Shown here one piece after another: positions 48,754-58,362 of a stretch of DNA of 64,000 nucleotides. A program made the position numbers and the translations under genes. A model generated the notes under the pieces. It did not search any database. It was not told the DNA's origin and saw nothing but the letters and a program-made list of their open reading frames with translations. The DNA lies in assembly GCA_964583675.1 (NCBI GenBank), contig CAZOVH010000002.1:71548-135547 (forward strand), written 5' to 3'. Source of the stretch: an uncultured Candidatus Saccharibacteria bacterium (GTDB taxonomy: Bacteria; Patescibacteriota; Saccharimonadia; CAILAD01; GCA-016700035). The number at the start of each line of letters is the position of its first letter. Position 1 is the first letter of the stretch.

Positions 48754-49029
48754 ATGAGTATGTTCGCATTCGAAGCTGAATCCGAATTCTTCGGCCACAT
48801 CGTCACACACGCGACCGAGGAACAGCCAGGCAGGCTACCTCGTGTCGTCCACACGGCACACTGCAACGAGTGTGGAGAGGCTCCTCTTCACGGCGACACA
48901 CACGACGAGATCGAACGAGCCTTCAAGGATGCCCTCTACGCGCACCATATCCAGGTGCTGGCAAAGCACCTGGAGAGCACCGAACGGACTGCTCGCCACC
49001 CCGAAGGTAGCGAACTTCTCGGAGGCTAA
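48754..49029 (+). CDS. hypothetical His/Cys-containing small protein (high GC)
   Basis: 91 aa; GAGGGAA RBS; HCNECGE motif; terminator CCGCCACCA-N-TGGTGGCGG then TTTTT at 49060-49088. Confidence 0.4.
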   Translation: MSMFAFEAESEFFGHIVTHATEEQPGRLPRVVHTAHCNECGEAPLHGDTHDEIERAFKDALYAHHIQVLAKHLESTERTARHPEGSELLGG

Positions 49030-49126
49030 GGCTGCAGATCACTCTGGCAACCAACCGCCCCGCCACCAACTCTTTGGTGGCGGTTTTTAATAAAAAACCC
49101 CACCACAGTTACGTGATGGGAAGACG

Positions 49127-49819
49127 CTATACGACGAGCATACTCAGGTTGCCGCGCACAACACCAATCAGTTCTTCGGCCGCGACATCGAGATCATCGT
49201 TGACGATGATATGGGGGTTCGGCCAAGTGCCCAGAATCTCCGGGATCTCCCACTGGGCACGGGCCAGCTTCTGCGTCATCACCTCCTCGGAATCACCCCG
49301 CGCCTCAAGACGCATCTGCAGATTGCCAAGCATGTCGCCAACCACAATTGACGAGCGAGCAATCGAAGACCAATACCTCCCTGGCTCTGCAAGTCGAGAT
49401 CCTTCCACCGCCTGCTTGCTCCACTTCGCAGTGAATGGCGGAACGATGCCAATCAACGTGACGCCAGGAAAATCCGGAATCAGCCGCGACTTGGCGTAGA
49501 GCTGCAATGCTCCGTTCACATCGAGCTCACGAATCTCGAAGCCAGGGCTACCAGGCTCAACAAAAGATCCATAATGGCCACCCGTGGCATTTACAGAGTG
49601 CTCGACGATACTCCCGGCAGCTCTATAAAGCATGAAGTCCTCAAACGACAAGTAGACGTACTTTGAGTTGCCCTCCTCGTCGTAATCATCGTCTCGCGGA
49701 TCCCTCGTTGTCGCTTTGCGACCCACGGTCAGCTGCGAGAACGCCTGAAGAATCCGCGCCAACAAGGTGTCCTTACCGACGCCTTCGGGCCCAGAGATAC
49801 AGAAGATATGCGAAGCCAT
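49127..49819 (-). CDS. gmk: guanylate kinase (high GC)
   Basis: P-loop ISGPEGVGKDTL; ATTRDPR; RGDSEEVMTQKLARAQWEI and IVNDDLDVAAEEL colinear with E. coli Gmk; AAGGAG RBS. Confidence 0.8.
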   Translation of the reverse strand: MASHIFCISGPEGVGKDTLLARILQAFSQLTVGRKATTRDPRDDDYDEEGNSKYVYLSFEDFMLYRAAGSIVEHSVNATGGHYGSFVEPGSPGFEIRELDVNGALQLYAKSRLIPDFPGVTLIGIVPPFTAKWSKQAVEGSRLAEPGRYWSSIARSSIVVGDMLGNLQMRLEARGDSEEVMTQKLARAQWEIPEILGTWPNPHIIVNDDLDVAAEELIGVVRGNLSMLVV

Positions 49820-49887
49820 GAGCTTCTCCTTATAGCTAGGTGCGAATATAAGTATGGATTTTACGGAGTTAGCACGCGTAAAGCAAC

Positions 49888-52800
49888 TTATTCTACAGCA
49901 ATGGCGTCTTCCGACAGAATATCGGAGAGGGTTTTTTTCAGTTTTTCGGACACCGCTACTTTGAAAGGAAGACGGATTTTTTGACCAGTTGAGGAAAGCA
50001 TAAGTATAGCTTCAGTCTCGCCAGGCACGGACTGTAATGTGGATTTAAGTCGTAAGAGAGCTGTTTGATCTTTTAAATCTTTCATTGTAATCGTTACACG
50101 CTCAGCAGACTGAGTAGCGGCTGGATCAACATCCGGAACAGTTTTTTCTCCAGTGGCGATGTAATGCTTTAAGACACTCGCGTCCAAGAGCTTGGCCTTA
50201 TCTGCCATAACTTTTACGTCTTCGGTGGTCTTGCCGTCTCGATCCTTGGCATTTACCTTACCTTGAATAATCACTAGCGTATCCTCAACCCATAGCTCTG
50301 GCGTGGCCTCGTAAGCGCGCGGAAATACAATCACCTCGGTATCGCCGGCAATTGTTTCCAGCCCCACAAAAGCCATGGCATCACCTTTTTTAGTAACAAT
50401 TTTTCGTACGGTAGTAACAACACCACCAACAACAACCTTCTCGCCATCCATCTCGGGCTTCAGGCCAGACGCCGGAGTTGTTTTCTCTGACAGCCAAGCA
50501 TCAACTTCGCGCAACGGATGACTAGAAATGTAGAGCCCCAAAAGCTCCTTTTCCCACAACAGGAACTCTCTCTCGCCGATAATTTCGCTGGGCGCATCAA
50601 GCGGCAGAGATGGCACTTCTTCTGTCACTCCAAGACTTCCAAAAATATCAATCTGTCCGGACAGCGCATTTTTTTGGACCTTCGACATATAAATAACAAT
50701 TTTATCGAGGTTTGAAAACAGTGTGGCGCGATCACCAATAGAATCGAAGGCTCCAACTTTCATAAGCGCCTCAATAGCCTTTTTATTTATTTCGCGAGCA
50801 TCAACGCGGCGCACAAAATCTTCAATCGAGTTAAACGGACCACCTTCATCGCGAGCTGCCAAAATAGCATTCACCGGGCCAATCCCAACATTTTTAATCG
50901 CCGCAAGTCCAAAACGAATGACGTCTTCGCCCTTCTCACCGCCGCCCTTCACTACCGCAAACTCTGAGAAACTTTCATTAATATCTGGCGGCAGTACCGG
51001 CAATCCCATCTTGCGGCACTCAGCAACTTCGATAGCAACGCGATCGAGATTACCGTGATCGGAAGTTAATAGTGCTGCCATAAATGCTGCTGGATAGTGG
51101 GCCTTGAGATATGCGGTTTGCACAGCAATGAGTGCGTAACAAGCGGCGTGGCTTTTATTGAAACAATAGGCAGCAAAATCTTCGATTCCCGCCCAAAGCT
51201 TTTCGACAAAATCACGATCCGCATTAGAATACTTAATAGCCCCTTCAACAAAGTCCTGTTTCATCTTGGCAATTACTTCGGGAATTTTCTTACCGATACC
51301 CTTGCGCAAAGTATCGGCCTGACCACCAGTAAAACCACACAAGTCTTTAGAGATTTGCATGACCTGCTCTTGGTACACGATAATGCCGTAAGTTTCCTTA
51401 AGTGCGGCTTCCATTTTTTCGTGATCATACACCACGCGCTCGGGGTGATGCTTGCGTCCGATAAAATCATCAATCCACTGCATCGGCCCCGGTCGATACA
51501 GGGCAACCATGGCAATAATATCTTCAAAGCGGTCCGGCTTAAGCTCGCGAATATAGCGCTTCATACCGGCAGATTCTAGCTGGAAAACACCCGTGGTATC
51601 GCCACGTGCAAGGAGCTCGTATGTAGCCTTGTCGTCAATCGGAATCTCGGTTACGTCAATCGCCTTACCATACACACGCTTAATAATACGCAGGGCATTT
51701 TTAATAATCGTGAGGTTGGAGAGACCTAGAAAGTCGAACTTTAAGAGGCCCAAATCCTCCATAGTGGTACCAATGTACTGAGTCGAAACCCCGCCCTTTG
51801 AGGCTCGTGTGAGTGGCACATATTCCACCAGCGGCTCTGGTGCAATCACCACACCGGCCGCGTGAGTACCGGCGTTACGAATGGTACCTTCAAGTTGCAT
51901 GGCGATATCAATCAGACGCTTGGTGCGCGGATTACCTTCGTATTCTTTTTTAAGATCCGGATCATCAACAATCGATTTCTTTAAGGGGATATGGCGCCCC
52001 TGAATTGGCGCGGGAATAAGTTTAGCAACCGTATCTACCTCGGCGTATGACATTGCGAGCACACGGCCAGTGTCACGCACGGCGTTTCGGGCCGCCATCA
52101 CACCAAACGTAATGATCTGGGCCACTTTTTCCTGACCATATTTTTCTGTCGCATACGCAATCACCTCTTCGCGACGGTCGTCAGCGAAGTCCATATCAAT
52201 ATCAGGCATCGAAATTCTGTCTGGGTTCAAAAACCGCTCAAAGAGCAGATCGTATTTAATTGGATCCAGATCAGTAATGTTAGTTACATACGCCACGATT
52301 GAGCCAGCTGCAGAACCACGCCCAGGTCCACAGACAATTCCGTTATTTTTCGACCAGTTTAAAAGATCGGCCACAATTAAAAAGTAGCCATCGTAGCCCA
52401 TGCGCGCAATCACTTCGAGCTCGTACTCAATGCGTTCCACAACTTTTTTTGGTAGCTTTTCTTTGGCATTTTTTTCGCCATAATGCGAGAGATCTTCCTT
52501 CGGAATCTCCCCATAGCGCCACATTGCTCCCCGGTAGACCAGTTCGCGCAAATATTCACGCTCGGTCCGACCTTCAGGAACTTCAAATTTTGGAATTAAT
52601 ATTTTCCCGAGTTCTATTTCTAAATTACAACGCTCAGCAATCTTAACAGTATTTTCAAGAGCCTCTAGATCGTCTGGAAATCGCTCAGCAATCGAAGCTC
52701 CAGAGTGAATTGAGAGATCTTGATCGAGCTTAAAGCGGTTAGGATCTTCAATAGTAGAGCCAGTTTGCACACATAGCAAAATATCGTGCGCATAATGCTG

Positions 52801-53508
52801 CTCTTCTTTGGAATAGTGCGCATCACCGGTAATCACCAGGCCCAAACCAAGCTCTTTGGAAAGCTTGCGTAGACCAGCATTTACCTTATCTTGCGGCTCC
52901 CAGCCAATGTGTGGTTGCATTTCTAAATAATAGTTATCTTTGCCAAAAGTTTTTGAATACCACTCGGCCGTCTTTTTTGCTTCCTCGTAATTATCCGCCA
53001 AAAGATGCGTACCAACTTCGCCTCCAATGCAGCCGGTTAAAGCAATAATACCCTCATGATACTTCTCAATCAGATCACGATCTATGCGCGGCTTGTAATA
53101 AAACCCTTCAAGGTTGGCAATAGTAGAAAGCTTTACGAGATTTTTATACCCAATCTCATTCGTAGCCAATAGCGTTAAGTGATATGGTGTGCGATCTTCT
53201 CGCGTTGATTTATCAGTATGTTTGCGCGGCGAAACATATGCTTCCATACCAATAATCGGCTTAATGTCGCGCTTTTTGCATTCTTTATAAAAATCGATTG
53301 CCCCGGAAAGTGTGCCATGATCAGTAATTGCTACTGCTGTTTGCCCTAGTTCCTGCACCCAATCAAGCATGTCCGGAACTTTCTGTAAGCCGTCTAAGAG
53401 CGAGTAATGTGTGTGGTTATGCAAATGAACAAACGGAACATGTTTGTCCGCCACTGCTGTTGCCTGCCCCTGTTTCTCACCCACTGTGGTTGCCATATTG
53501 CTTCTCAT
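49888..53508 (-). CDS. dnaE: DNA polymerase III alpha subunit
   Basis: 1206 aa; N-terminal PHP (HLHNHTHYSLLDG), polymerase core, OB-fold. Confidence 0.95.
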   Translation of the reverse strand: MRSNMATTVGEKQGQATAVADKHVPFVHLHNHTHYSLLDGLQKVPDMLDWVQELGQTAVAITDHGTLSGAIDFYKECKKRDIKPIIGMEAYVSPRKHTDKSTREDRTPYHLTLLATNEIGYKNLVKLSTIANLEGFYYKPRIDRDLIEKYHEGIIALTGCIGGEVGTHLLADNYEEAKKTAEWYSKTFGKDNYYLEMQPHIGWEPQDKVNAGLRKLSKELGLGLVITGDAHYSKEEQHYAHDILLCVQTGSTIEDPNRFKLDQDLSIHSGASIAERFPDDLEALENTVKIAERCNLEIELGKILIPKFEVPEGRTEREYLRELVYRGAMWRYGEIPKEDLSHYGEKNAKEKLPKKVVERIEYELEVIARMGYDGYFLIVADLLNWSKNNGIVCGPGRGSAAGSIVAYVTNITDLDPIKYDLLFERFLNPDRISMPDIDMDFADDRREEVIAYATEKYGQEKVAQIITFGVMAARNAVRDTGRVLAMSYAEVDTVAKLIPAPIQGRHIPLKKSIVDDPDLKKEYEGNPRTKRLIDIAMQLEGTIRNAGTHAAGVVIAPEPLVEYVPLTRASKGGVSTQYIGTTMEDLGLLKFDFLGLSNLTIIKNALRIIKRVYGKAIDVTEIPIDDKATYELLARGDTTGVFQLESAGMKRYIRELKPDRFEDIIAMVALYRPGPMQWIDDFIGRKHHPERVVYDHEKMEAALKETYGIIVYQEQVMQISKDLCGFTGGQADTLRKGIGKKIPEVIAKMKQDFVEGAIKYSNADRDFVEKLWAGIEDFAAYCFNKSHAACYALIAVQTAYLKAHYPAAFMAALLTSDHGNLDRVAIEVAECRKMGLPVLPPDINESFSEFAVVKGGGEKGEDVIRFGLAAIKNVGIGPVNAILAARDEGGPFNSIEDFVRRVDAREINKKAIEALMKVGAFDSIGDRATLFSNLDKIVIYMSKVQKNALSGQIDIFGSLGVTEEVPSLPLDAPSEIIGEREFLLWEKELLGLYISSHPLREVDAWLSEKTTPASGLKPEMDGEKVVVGGVVTTVRKIVTKKGDAMAFVGLETIAGDTEVIVFPRAYEATPELWVEDTLVIIQGKVNAKDRDGKTTEDVKVMADKAKLLDASVLKHYIATGEKTVPDVDPAATQSAERVTITMKDLKDQTALLRLKSTLQSVPGETEAILMLSSTGQKIRLPFKVAVSEKLKKTLSDILSEDAIAVE

Positions 53509-53599
53509 TATAGGCCATGTTGCGAGTTAGGTTAAGCTTGTAAAATACCCAAAAAAGTTGTAATATAGCATTCTTGTACCTCTCACACTGGAGTTAGTA

Positions 53600-54226
53600 A
53601 TGTCCACCGATACAACCCTCACCGCTGCCGCAGCGGAGACCGCCTACCACACGCTCGAGCACTGGCTCAAGCGGCGTGGACTCGACGACTGGATGGACGA
53701 CCTCTCGGTTGTCTTCCTGGATGCGAACAGCATCCAGCTCTACTGCCGGCGCAACCCTGCCGGATCTCGTCACGGCATCGCCGACGCCGATGAACAAGCC
53801 CGCGTCGCCGTGCACGCACCGTGTGCATATGGCGCCGCCCTGAAGGACAACAAGGAGCGCCCGATGGGTTCGGTTGGCATCAATACTCGCCGCGACCCGG
53901 CTGAAGCGCTGGTGATGTGTGCGCATCTCGCCATCTTCACGCTCGACCCCGGCCTTGAAGACGACTCTCTCAGGCTCGTCATGGAGGAATTCTTCATCGC
54001 AGCAAGAATCAATCCGCCCACCATTCCGAGCCCACGCATGATGGCGTTGGGCATCTCTTCTCAGGCTGGCCTGGCATCAGTCATGCGAGGCGCCGCCCTC
54101 CAAGACGCACTGCCAGGAGGCATGTACGGCGTCCCGCCACTGGGTGAACCCTCTCTACCGCGACCAGCCCCTGGCACCGATCTCATCACGGGCGTGCCGG
54201 GATACGGTGGCGGCCTGCACGGCTAA
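53600..54226 (+). CDS. hypothetical protein (high GC)
   Basis: 208 aa; TTGTAA-17-TAATAT promoter; GGAG RBS; terminator GGATACC-ttcacg-GGTATCC then TTTTTT. Confidence 0.45.
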   Translation: MSTDTTLTAAAAETAYHTLEHWLKRRGLDDWMDDLSVVFLDANSIQLYCRRNPAGSRHGIADADEQARVAVHAPCAYGAALKDNKERPMGSVGINTRRDPAEALVMCAHLAIFTLDPGLEDDSLRLVMEEFFIAARINPPTIPSPRMMALGISSQAGLASVMRGAALQDALPGGMYGVPPLGEPSLPRPAPGTDLITGVPGYGGGLHG

Positions 54227-54232
54227 CCGCTT

Positions 54233-54262
54233 ATGGATACCTTCACGGGTATCCATTTTTTA
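54233..54262 (+). terminator. rho-independent terminator
   Basis: Perfect 7-9-bp stem followed by a T6 tract. Confidence 0.7.
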
Positions 54263-54270
54263 GTTAAAAT

Positions 54271-54579
54271 TTACTTCTGTTGTGGGGGTGCCGACTGCGT
54301 CGTGGCGCTCTGTTGAACTTCGCGTACAAAATCACCAATATACGGAATTCCACCCAACGCAGAGACTAGCCAACCCAGCAAAACTACTACTAAAGCAACA
54401 CCCAAAGTTAAGCCAATACCGCGATAAATGCCGGCCCTAAAGTTTAACCAGGCAAAGCGCCAGCGATCGTTTAAAAGATTTACAAACTCTTCGGCGCCAA
54501 CCAGGTTAGCTGCTCGCTCAGCCGCATCAAGCTCCTGCGCCTTGGTGGCGACTACCTTTTTACTTTGCTGACTTGGCAC
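54271..54579 (-). CDS. hypothetical small membrane protein
   Basis: 102 aa with one TM helix. Confidence 0.4.
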   Translation of the reverse strand: MPSQQSKKVVATKAQELDAAERAANLVGAEEFVNLLNDRWRFAWLNFRAGIYRGIGLTLGVALVVVLLGWLVSALGGIPYIGDFVREVQQSATTQSAPPQQK

Positions 54580-55102
54580 GGCCTGAGGTTGCCTTCTTTG
54601 CTGTAGTTTTCTTCGGAGCAGCCTTCTTTGTTGCAGGCTTCTTTACCGAACTCGCAACTTTATCTGCCGACTTCTTTACATCTTTAGAAAGCTTCGTGGC
54701 CTCTCGCTTTGTAGAGGTTCCAATTTTTTTACCAAGCGCCTCTAGTTCTTCCGCAACAGCCTTGGCTTCCACCATCAGTTTCTTAGCTTCATCAAGCAAG
54801 TCATCCTTAATATCTCCAGTAGCGCTCGAGAGCTTAAGAGCAATTGTGTTCATTTGCTCCTTAAGCTTTTCTGCGCGGCGCATGAGCTCTTTGGTTTCCT
54901 TCACTGAGTCATCCTTAACCCGCACACTGGCTTCCTTTACTTTGTCTAACCCAACAGTAAGCTGATCCTTAGCCTCATGAAAACCTTTGCCGATATCTTC
55001 GCGAGTTTCTTTACCGCTCTTTGGTGCAAATAACAAAGCGCCAATACCAGCTACAGCTGCACCAATTCCTAAACCTTTAAGAAATCCACCTTTTTTCGAC
55101 AT
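54560..55102 (-). CDS. YtxH-domain protein
   Basis: MSKKGGFLKGLGIGAAVAGIGALLFAPKSGKETRED YtxH N-terminus; coiled-coil Lys-rich C-terminus. Confidence 0.65.
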   Translation of the reverse strand: MSKKGGFLKGLGIGAAVAGIGALLFAPKSGKETREDIGKGFHEAKDQLTVGLDKVKEASVRVKDDSVKETKELMRRAEKLKEQMNTIALKLSSATGDIKDDLLDEAKKLMVEAKAVAEELEALGKKIGTSTKREATKLSKDVKKSADKVASSVKKPATKKAAPKKTTAKKATSGRAKSAK

Positions 55103-55104
55103 GA

Positions 55105-55368
55105 TTATCTCCTTCTTCGCTTTTTACCTGATGTTGCCTGCAAAATTTGCGCAAATATTGCGCTCATGGTCATCGGATTGATAATTTTTTCTTTTACTTC
55201 ATGTACAATATCGGCTGCAGTTTTTGTGCCATCTTGAGCAATCTCGGCGATCCGCTGAATTGTCTTCATGAGTTTTCTGGCCGCAAAAAATACTGCAATC
55301 ATAATCGCTAAGAGTATCAATACAGCGACCGACAATACAATAATAAGAATGAACAGTGTTGTTTCCAT
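55105..55368 (-). CDS. DUF948-like small membrane protein
   Basis: 87 aa; N-terminal TM then a helical domain; adjacent to the YtxH gene, as in ytxG-ytxH loci. Confidence 0.5.
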   Translation of the reverse strand: METTLFILIIVLSVAVLILLAIMIAVFFAARKLMKTIQRIAEIAQDGTKTAADIVHEVKEKIINPMTMSAIFAQILQATSGKKRRRR

Positions 55369-55372
55369 TAGG

Positions 55373-56029
55373 CTAAGCCCCTTTCTTCGCCCTTATTGTA
55401 CCAGCTTTAACAACATTCAAGCGAGACTTCACGATTCGTTGTTTCGAAGCATTCATTCTAGAGGCTCGCTCCAAGAGTGTAAACGAATTGCGATCAATGA
55501 CACTATTGGGCACCACAAAAATCTGACCTGAGTCGTCTTTTAGGCGCGACTTACGGGTATCCATATCAATAATGACACCCTCTATTTTTTGATCAAGCGG
55601 GCCAACCCGAACACGATCACCAATTCTAAAATGCTTGTCGCGAGCGAGATTTAATCCCGAAATCGTATCGCCAACGGTGGCCGAAAAACCCTGCGAGAAT
55701 GCTAGCGCCAAAACCGCAAAAGCACCTGACATCGCGAGCGCTACGTTAGACAGACCGGCAAGCTGCAAGAGAGCGATGGAGAGCAATATCCATAAAACAA
55801 GATCCAGCAGCTTCACGCTAACTTTGATCATCCCCTTTGGGAGCTTAGCTAACCCGAGGGCATGCGTAAGTACGCGCGACAACACTTTGATAGCGATAAA
55901 ACCAATAATGAATAATAAAATTGCTTTTGGTATGCTTGGAGCCGTGCCTCCCAGCCACTGTGTGACCGGCTCTAAGAGCGCATTAGCTGAAGCAGCGATA
56001 TCCTGTTGTGTGGCGGCGAGATATGTCAT
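55373..56029 (-). CDS. small-conductance mechanosensitive channel (MscS family, compact)
   Basis: 218 aa; TM3-beta domain pattern (..FRIGDRVRVGPLDQKIEGVIIDMDTRKSRL). Confidence 0.8.
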   Translation of the reverse strand: MTYLAATQQDIAASANALLEPVTQWLGGTAPSIPKAILLFIIGFIAIKVLSRVLTHALGLAKLPKGMIKVSVKLLDLVLWILLSIALLQLAGLSNVALAMSGAFAVLALAFSQGFSATVGDTISGLNLARDKHFRIGDRVRVGPLDQKIEGVIIDMDTRKSRLKDDSGQIFVVPNSVIDRNSFTLLERASRMNASKQRIVKSRLNVVKAGTIRAKKGA

Positions 56030-56088
56030 ACCACTACTATACCGGTTATGCTCCTAGACGAAAAGCAATGGGATTATTCTTGCTATGT

Positions 56089-56117
56089 TTTACACACTTA
56101 AAGGCATGAGATATAAT
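56089..56117 (+). promoter_or_regulatory. near-consensus sigma70 promoter TTTACA-17-TATAAT
   Basis: Perfect -10 with a 17-bp spacer; no plus-strand CDS downstream. Confidence 0.6.
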
Positions 56118-56124
56118 TCGCTGC

Positions 56125-56451
56125 AACGTACCTTTCGCGCCCTTTACGGGCCACTTGGTTCTTCCTGGGTCACGACGGCTTACATCGGAAACGGTTTAGT
56201 CCGATCCAATACCGTTAATAAACCTTGGGTTTGGGAGAGCAAAAAGGCCGCATGCCTGAGCTCGCTAGCACCATGGGATTACTCGTAGCGCCTGCAGCGC
56301 AACGCGTGATACTCGTCGACTGATGCGCACAGTCACGCCCAAAATGCCCAGGAGGACCACCTCGCGCAGCCCACGCTGCCAACTTCAGCTGCCAGCTGAC
56401 ACCGCCCCGCCTCGGAAACCCACAGACCGAGGCGGGGCACCGTTTTTTTTT
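56125..56451 (+). ncRNA. candidate ~330-nt GC-rich small RNA of unknown class
   Basis: Bounded by the promoter above and an intrinsic terminator CCCCGCCTCGG-N-CCGAGGCGGGG then TTTTTTTTT (56405-56451); the only plus-strand ORF (56085-56288) starts upstream of the -35. Confidence 0.3.
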
Positions 56452-57910
56452 AACTCAATTTTGCCTGAATCAGTTTATTTACTATCTGTGGATTAGCCTG
56501 GCCCTTAGTCTCTTTCATCACTTGACCAACAAAGAATCCCAGCGCTTTCGCTTGCCCAGCTTTAAAGTCTGCCACCGCCTGTGGATTGGCAGTAACTATC
56601 TTTTCAATAATTTCTGCTAGTGCACTCTCATCAGAAATCTGCTCGATACCAAGCCGTTGCATAATTTCTGCCGGACTATCACTACTCGTACAAATCTCGG
56701 CAAAAATCTGTTTTGCCTGACTGGAAGAAATATCACCAGCTAGTTCAAGTGCAATAAGATCTGCGAGTTGTTGAGGAGTAAATGGCGCGATAATTGTAGT
56801 GGCCGCAAACGAATCCGCATCGTCAGCATGAGTCTGCTGTTTTATCCAGGCCTGATATTCGCCAACCAACCAGTTCACTAGCTTACGCTCACCTTTTTCA
56901 CCAACTAGTGTGCGAGTCTCTGCAAAAAACTGTGAGGTATTTTTTTGCTTAATTAATACATCTTGCTCATCTACACTCAGCCCGAGCTCAACCAACTCAC
57001 GTCGGATCGAAATTGGCAGTGGAATCGTTTTTATATGCGATTCTTTCTCAAGCATGGCTTCGGTCACAACGATTGGCGGAATATCTGGCTCAGGGAAATA
57101 GCGATAATCATGTGCTTCTTCTTTGGAGCGTTGAGAGAACGTCTTGCCCTTAGCATCATCAAAACCACGGGTTTCCTGCTCAATAACCCCACCCTTTTCT
57201 AATATTTCAATTTGCCGACCAATTTCGTACGTCAAGGCGCGTTCGGCATTTCTAAAACTATTTAAGTTTTTAAGCTCGGTGCGCGTACCCAGCGAATCAT
57301 CTTTTGACACCGAAACATTCAAATCAAACTTCATGTTACCGTGCTGCATATCTCCATGTGTTACACCCAAAGTTGTGGCAATAGCATAGACTTCTTCTAG
57401 ATACCGGCGAGCCTCATACGGCGAATGCATATCTGGATGCGATACGATTTCCAAAAGTGGCGTACCGGCTCGATTAAGATCCACCAACGAGTAATCTTTC
57501 CCCGCCGGGTGTGTGAGCTTACCGGCATCCTCTTCTAGATGCGCTCGCTCCACTCGGACTTTACGGAATTCACCGTCAACAAGAATTTCTACATAACCCT
57601 CTTCTACAATCGGCTGATCAAACTGCGTAATCTGATAACCTTTGGGATTGTCTGGATAAAAATAATTCTTACGATCAAACTTAGTGGTTTCACGGACCTG
57701 GGCATTCAGACCGTGACCCAAGCGAATAGCCAATTGCACTGCCTGAGCGTTTGGTAAAGGCAAAGTTCCCGGATACGCGAGACAAATTGGGCAAATATTA
57801 GTGTTAGGCGCAGCGGAAACCGAGTTATTATCACAGCCACAAAACATTTTAGATTTTGTCGCTAGCTGAACATGGATTTCAATACCAATTGTTGGCTTAT
57901 ATTCGCTCAT
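56450..57910 (-). CDS. gatB: Asp/Glu-tRNA amidotransferase subunit B
   Basis: 486 aa; MSEYKPTIGIEIHVQL GatB N-terminus. Confidence 0.95.
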   Translation of the reverse strand: MSEYKPTIGIEIHVQLATKSKMFCGCDNNSVSAAPNTNICPICLAYPGTLPLPNAQAVQLAIRLGHGLNAQVRETTKFDRKNYFYPDNPKGYQITQFDQPIVEEGYVEILVDGEFRKVRVERAHLEEDAGKLTHPAGKDYSLVDLNRAGTPLLEIVSHPDMHSPYEARRYLEEVYAIATTLGVTHGDMQHGNMKFDLNVSVSKDDSLGTRTELKNLNSFRNAERALTYEIGRQIEILEKGGVIEQETRGFDDAKGKTFSQRSKEEAHDYRYFPEPDIPPIVVTEAMLEKESHIKTIPLPISIRRELVELGLSVDEQDVLIKQKNTSQFFAETRTLVGEKGERKLVNWLVGEYQAWIKQQTHADDADSFAATTIIAPFTPQQLADLIALELAGDISSSQAKQIFAEICTSSDSPAEIMQRLGIEQISDESALAEIIEKIVTANPQAVADFKAGQAKALGFFVGQVMKETKGQANPQIVNKLIQAKLS

Positions 57911-58362
57911 ACGAGTTTCACTCCCAAATCTGAAATACCTCGCCCCAATGCCGCAATCGCATTGGTAACTTGCGGCTTAACAATATCTACATGAATGTCA
58001 TGCGCGACTTGGTTACGCAATTTATGTGCCGCCCACACGCCATTGAGATCGGAAAACTTGTCACCGTGTCGCTTGAGTCGCTCACCCATGTTGTCGCCAG
58101 TAAAACCTTGCGCTTGCATAACGTAATCTAAAAGCTTATCCGCTTCCATCAAAGCATTTTTTAAGCCCATGCCGCCCTGGCTTTGCATGTGCGCAATCTC
58201 GGTCCAGCGCTGTCGAACTAGTTCAACATCCAGAGTTGGTCGAATCGGGTTATTGCCGTCCGAAAAATTCTGGCCGGAAGCCTTTTCACTATCGCCTTTG
58301 CGCATATACATTAAAAGTCCACCAATAACTAAAATCGCCAAAACCACTGAGATAAATGTCAT
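57907..58362 (-). CDS. hypothetical membrane-anchored protein embedded in gatCAB; C-terminal Rx4H (HEPN-like) motif
   Basis: 151 aa; N-terminal TM; helical domain ending in WAAHKLRNQVAHD; ATGA overlaps with gatA and gatB on both sides. Confidence 0.45.
   Translation of the reverse strand: MTFISVVLAILVIGGLLMYMRKGDSEKASGQNFSDGNNPIRPTLDVELVRQRWTEIAHMQSQGGMGLKNALMEADKLLDYVMQAQGFTGDNMGERLKRHGDKFSDLNGVWAAHKLRNQVAHDIHVDIVKPQVTNAIAALGRGISDLGVKLV

Noticed and set aside
56085-56288. 67-aa plus-strand ORF in the MscS-gatB intergenic region
   Set aside because: Its start codon lies upstream of the -35 element of the only credible promoter, it has no RBS, and the region is better explained as a noncoding RNA.
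56125-56451. Identity of the candidate sRNA as RNase P RNA, tmRNA, SRP RNA or 6S RNA
   Set aside because: It lacks the P4/CR-I GGAAAGUCCGG and CR-II motifs, the tRNA-like 3' end and tag ORF, and the SRP GGAA tetraloop motifs; the class is left unknown.
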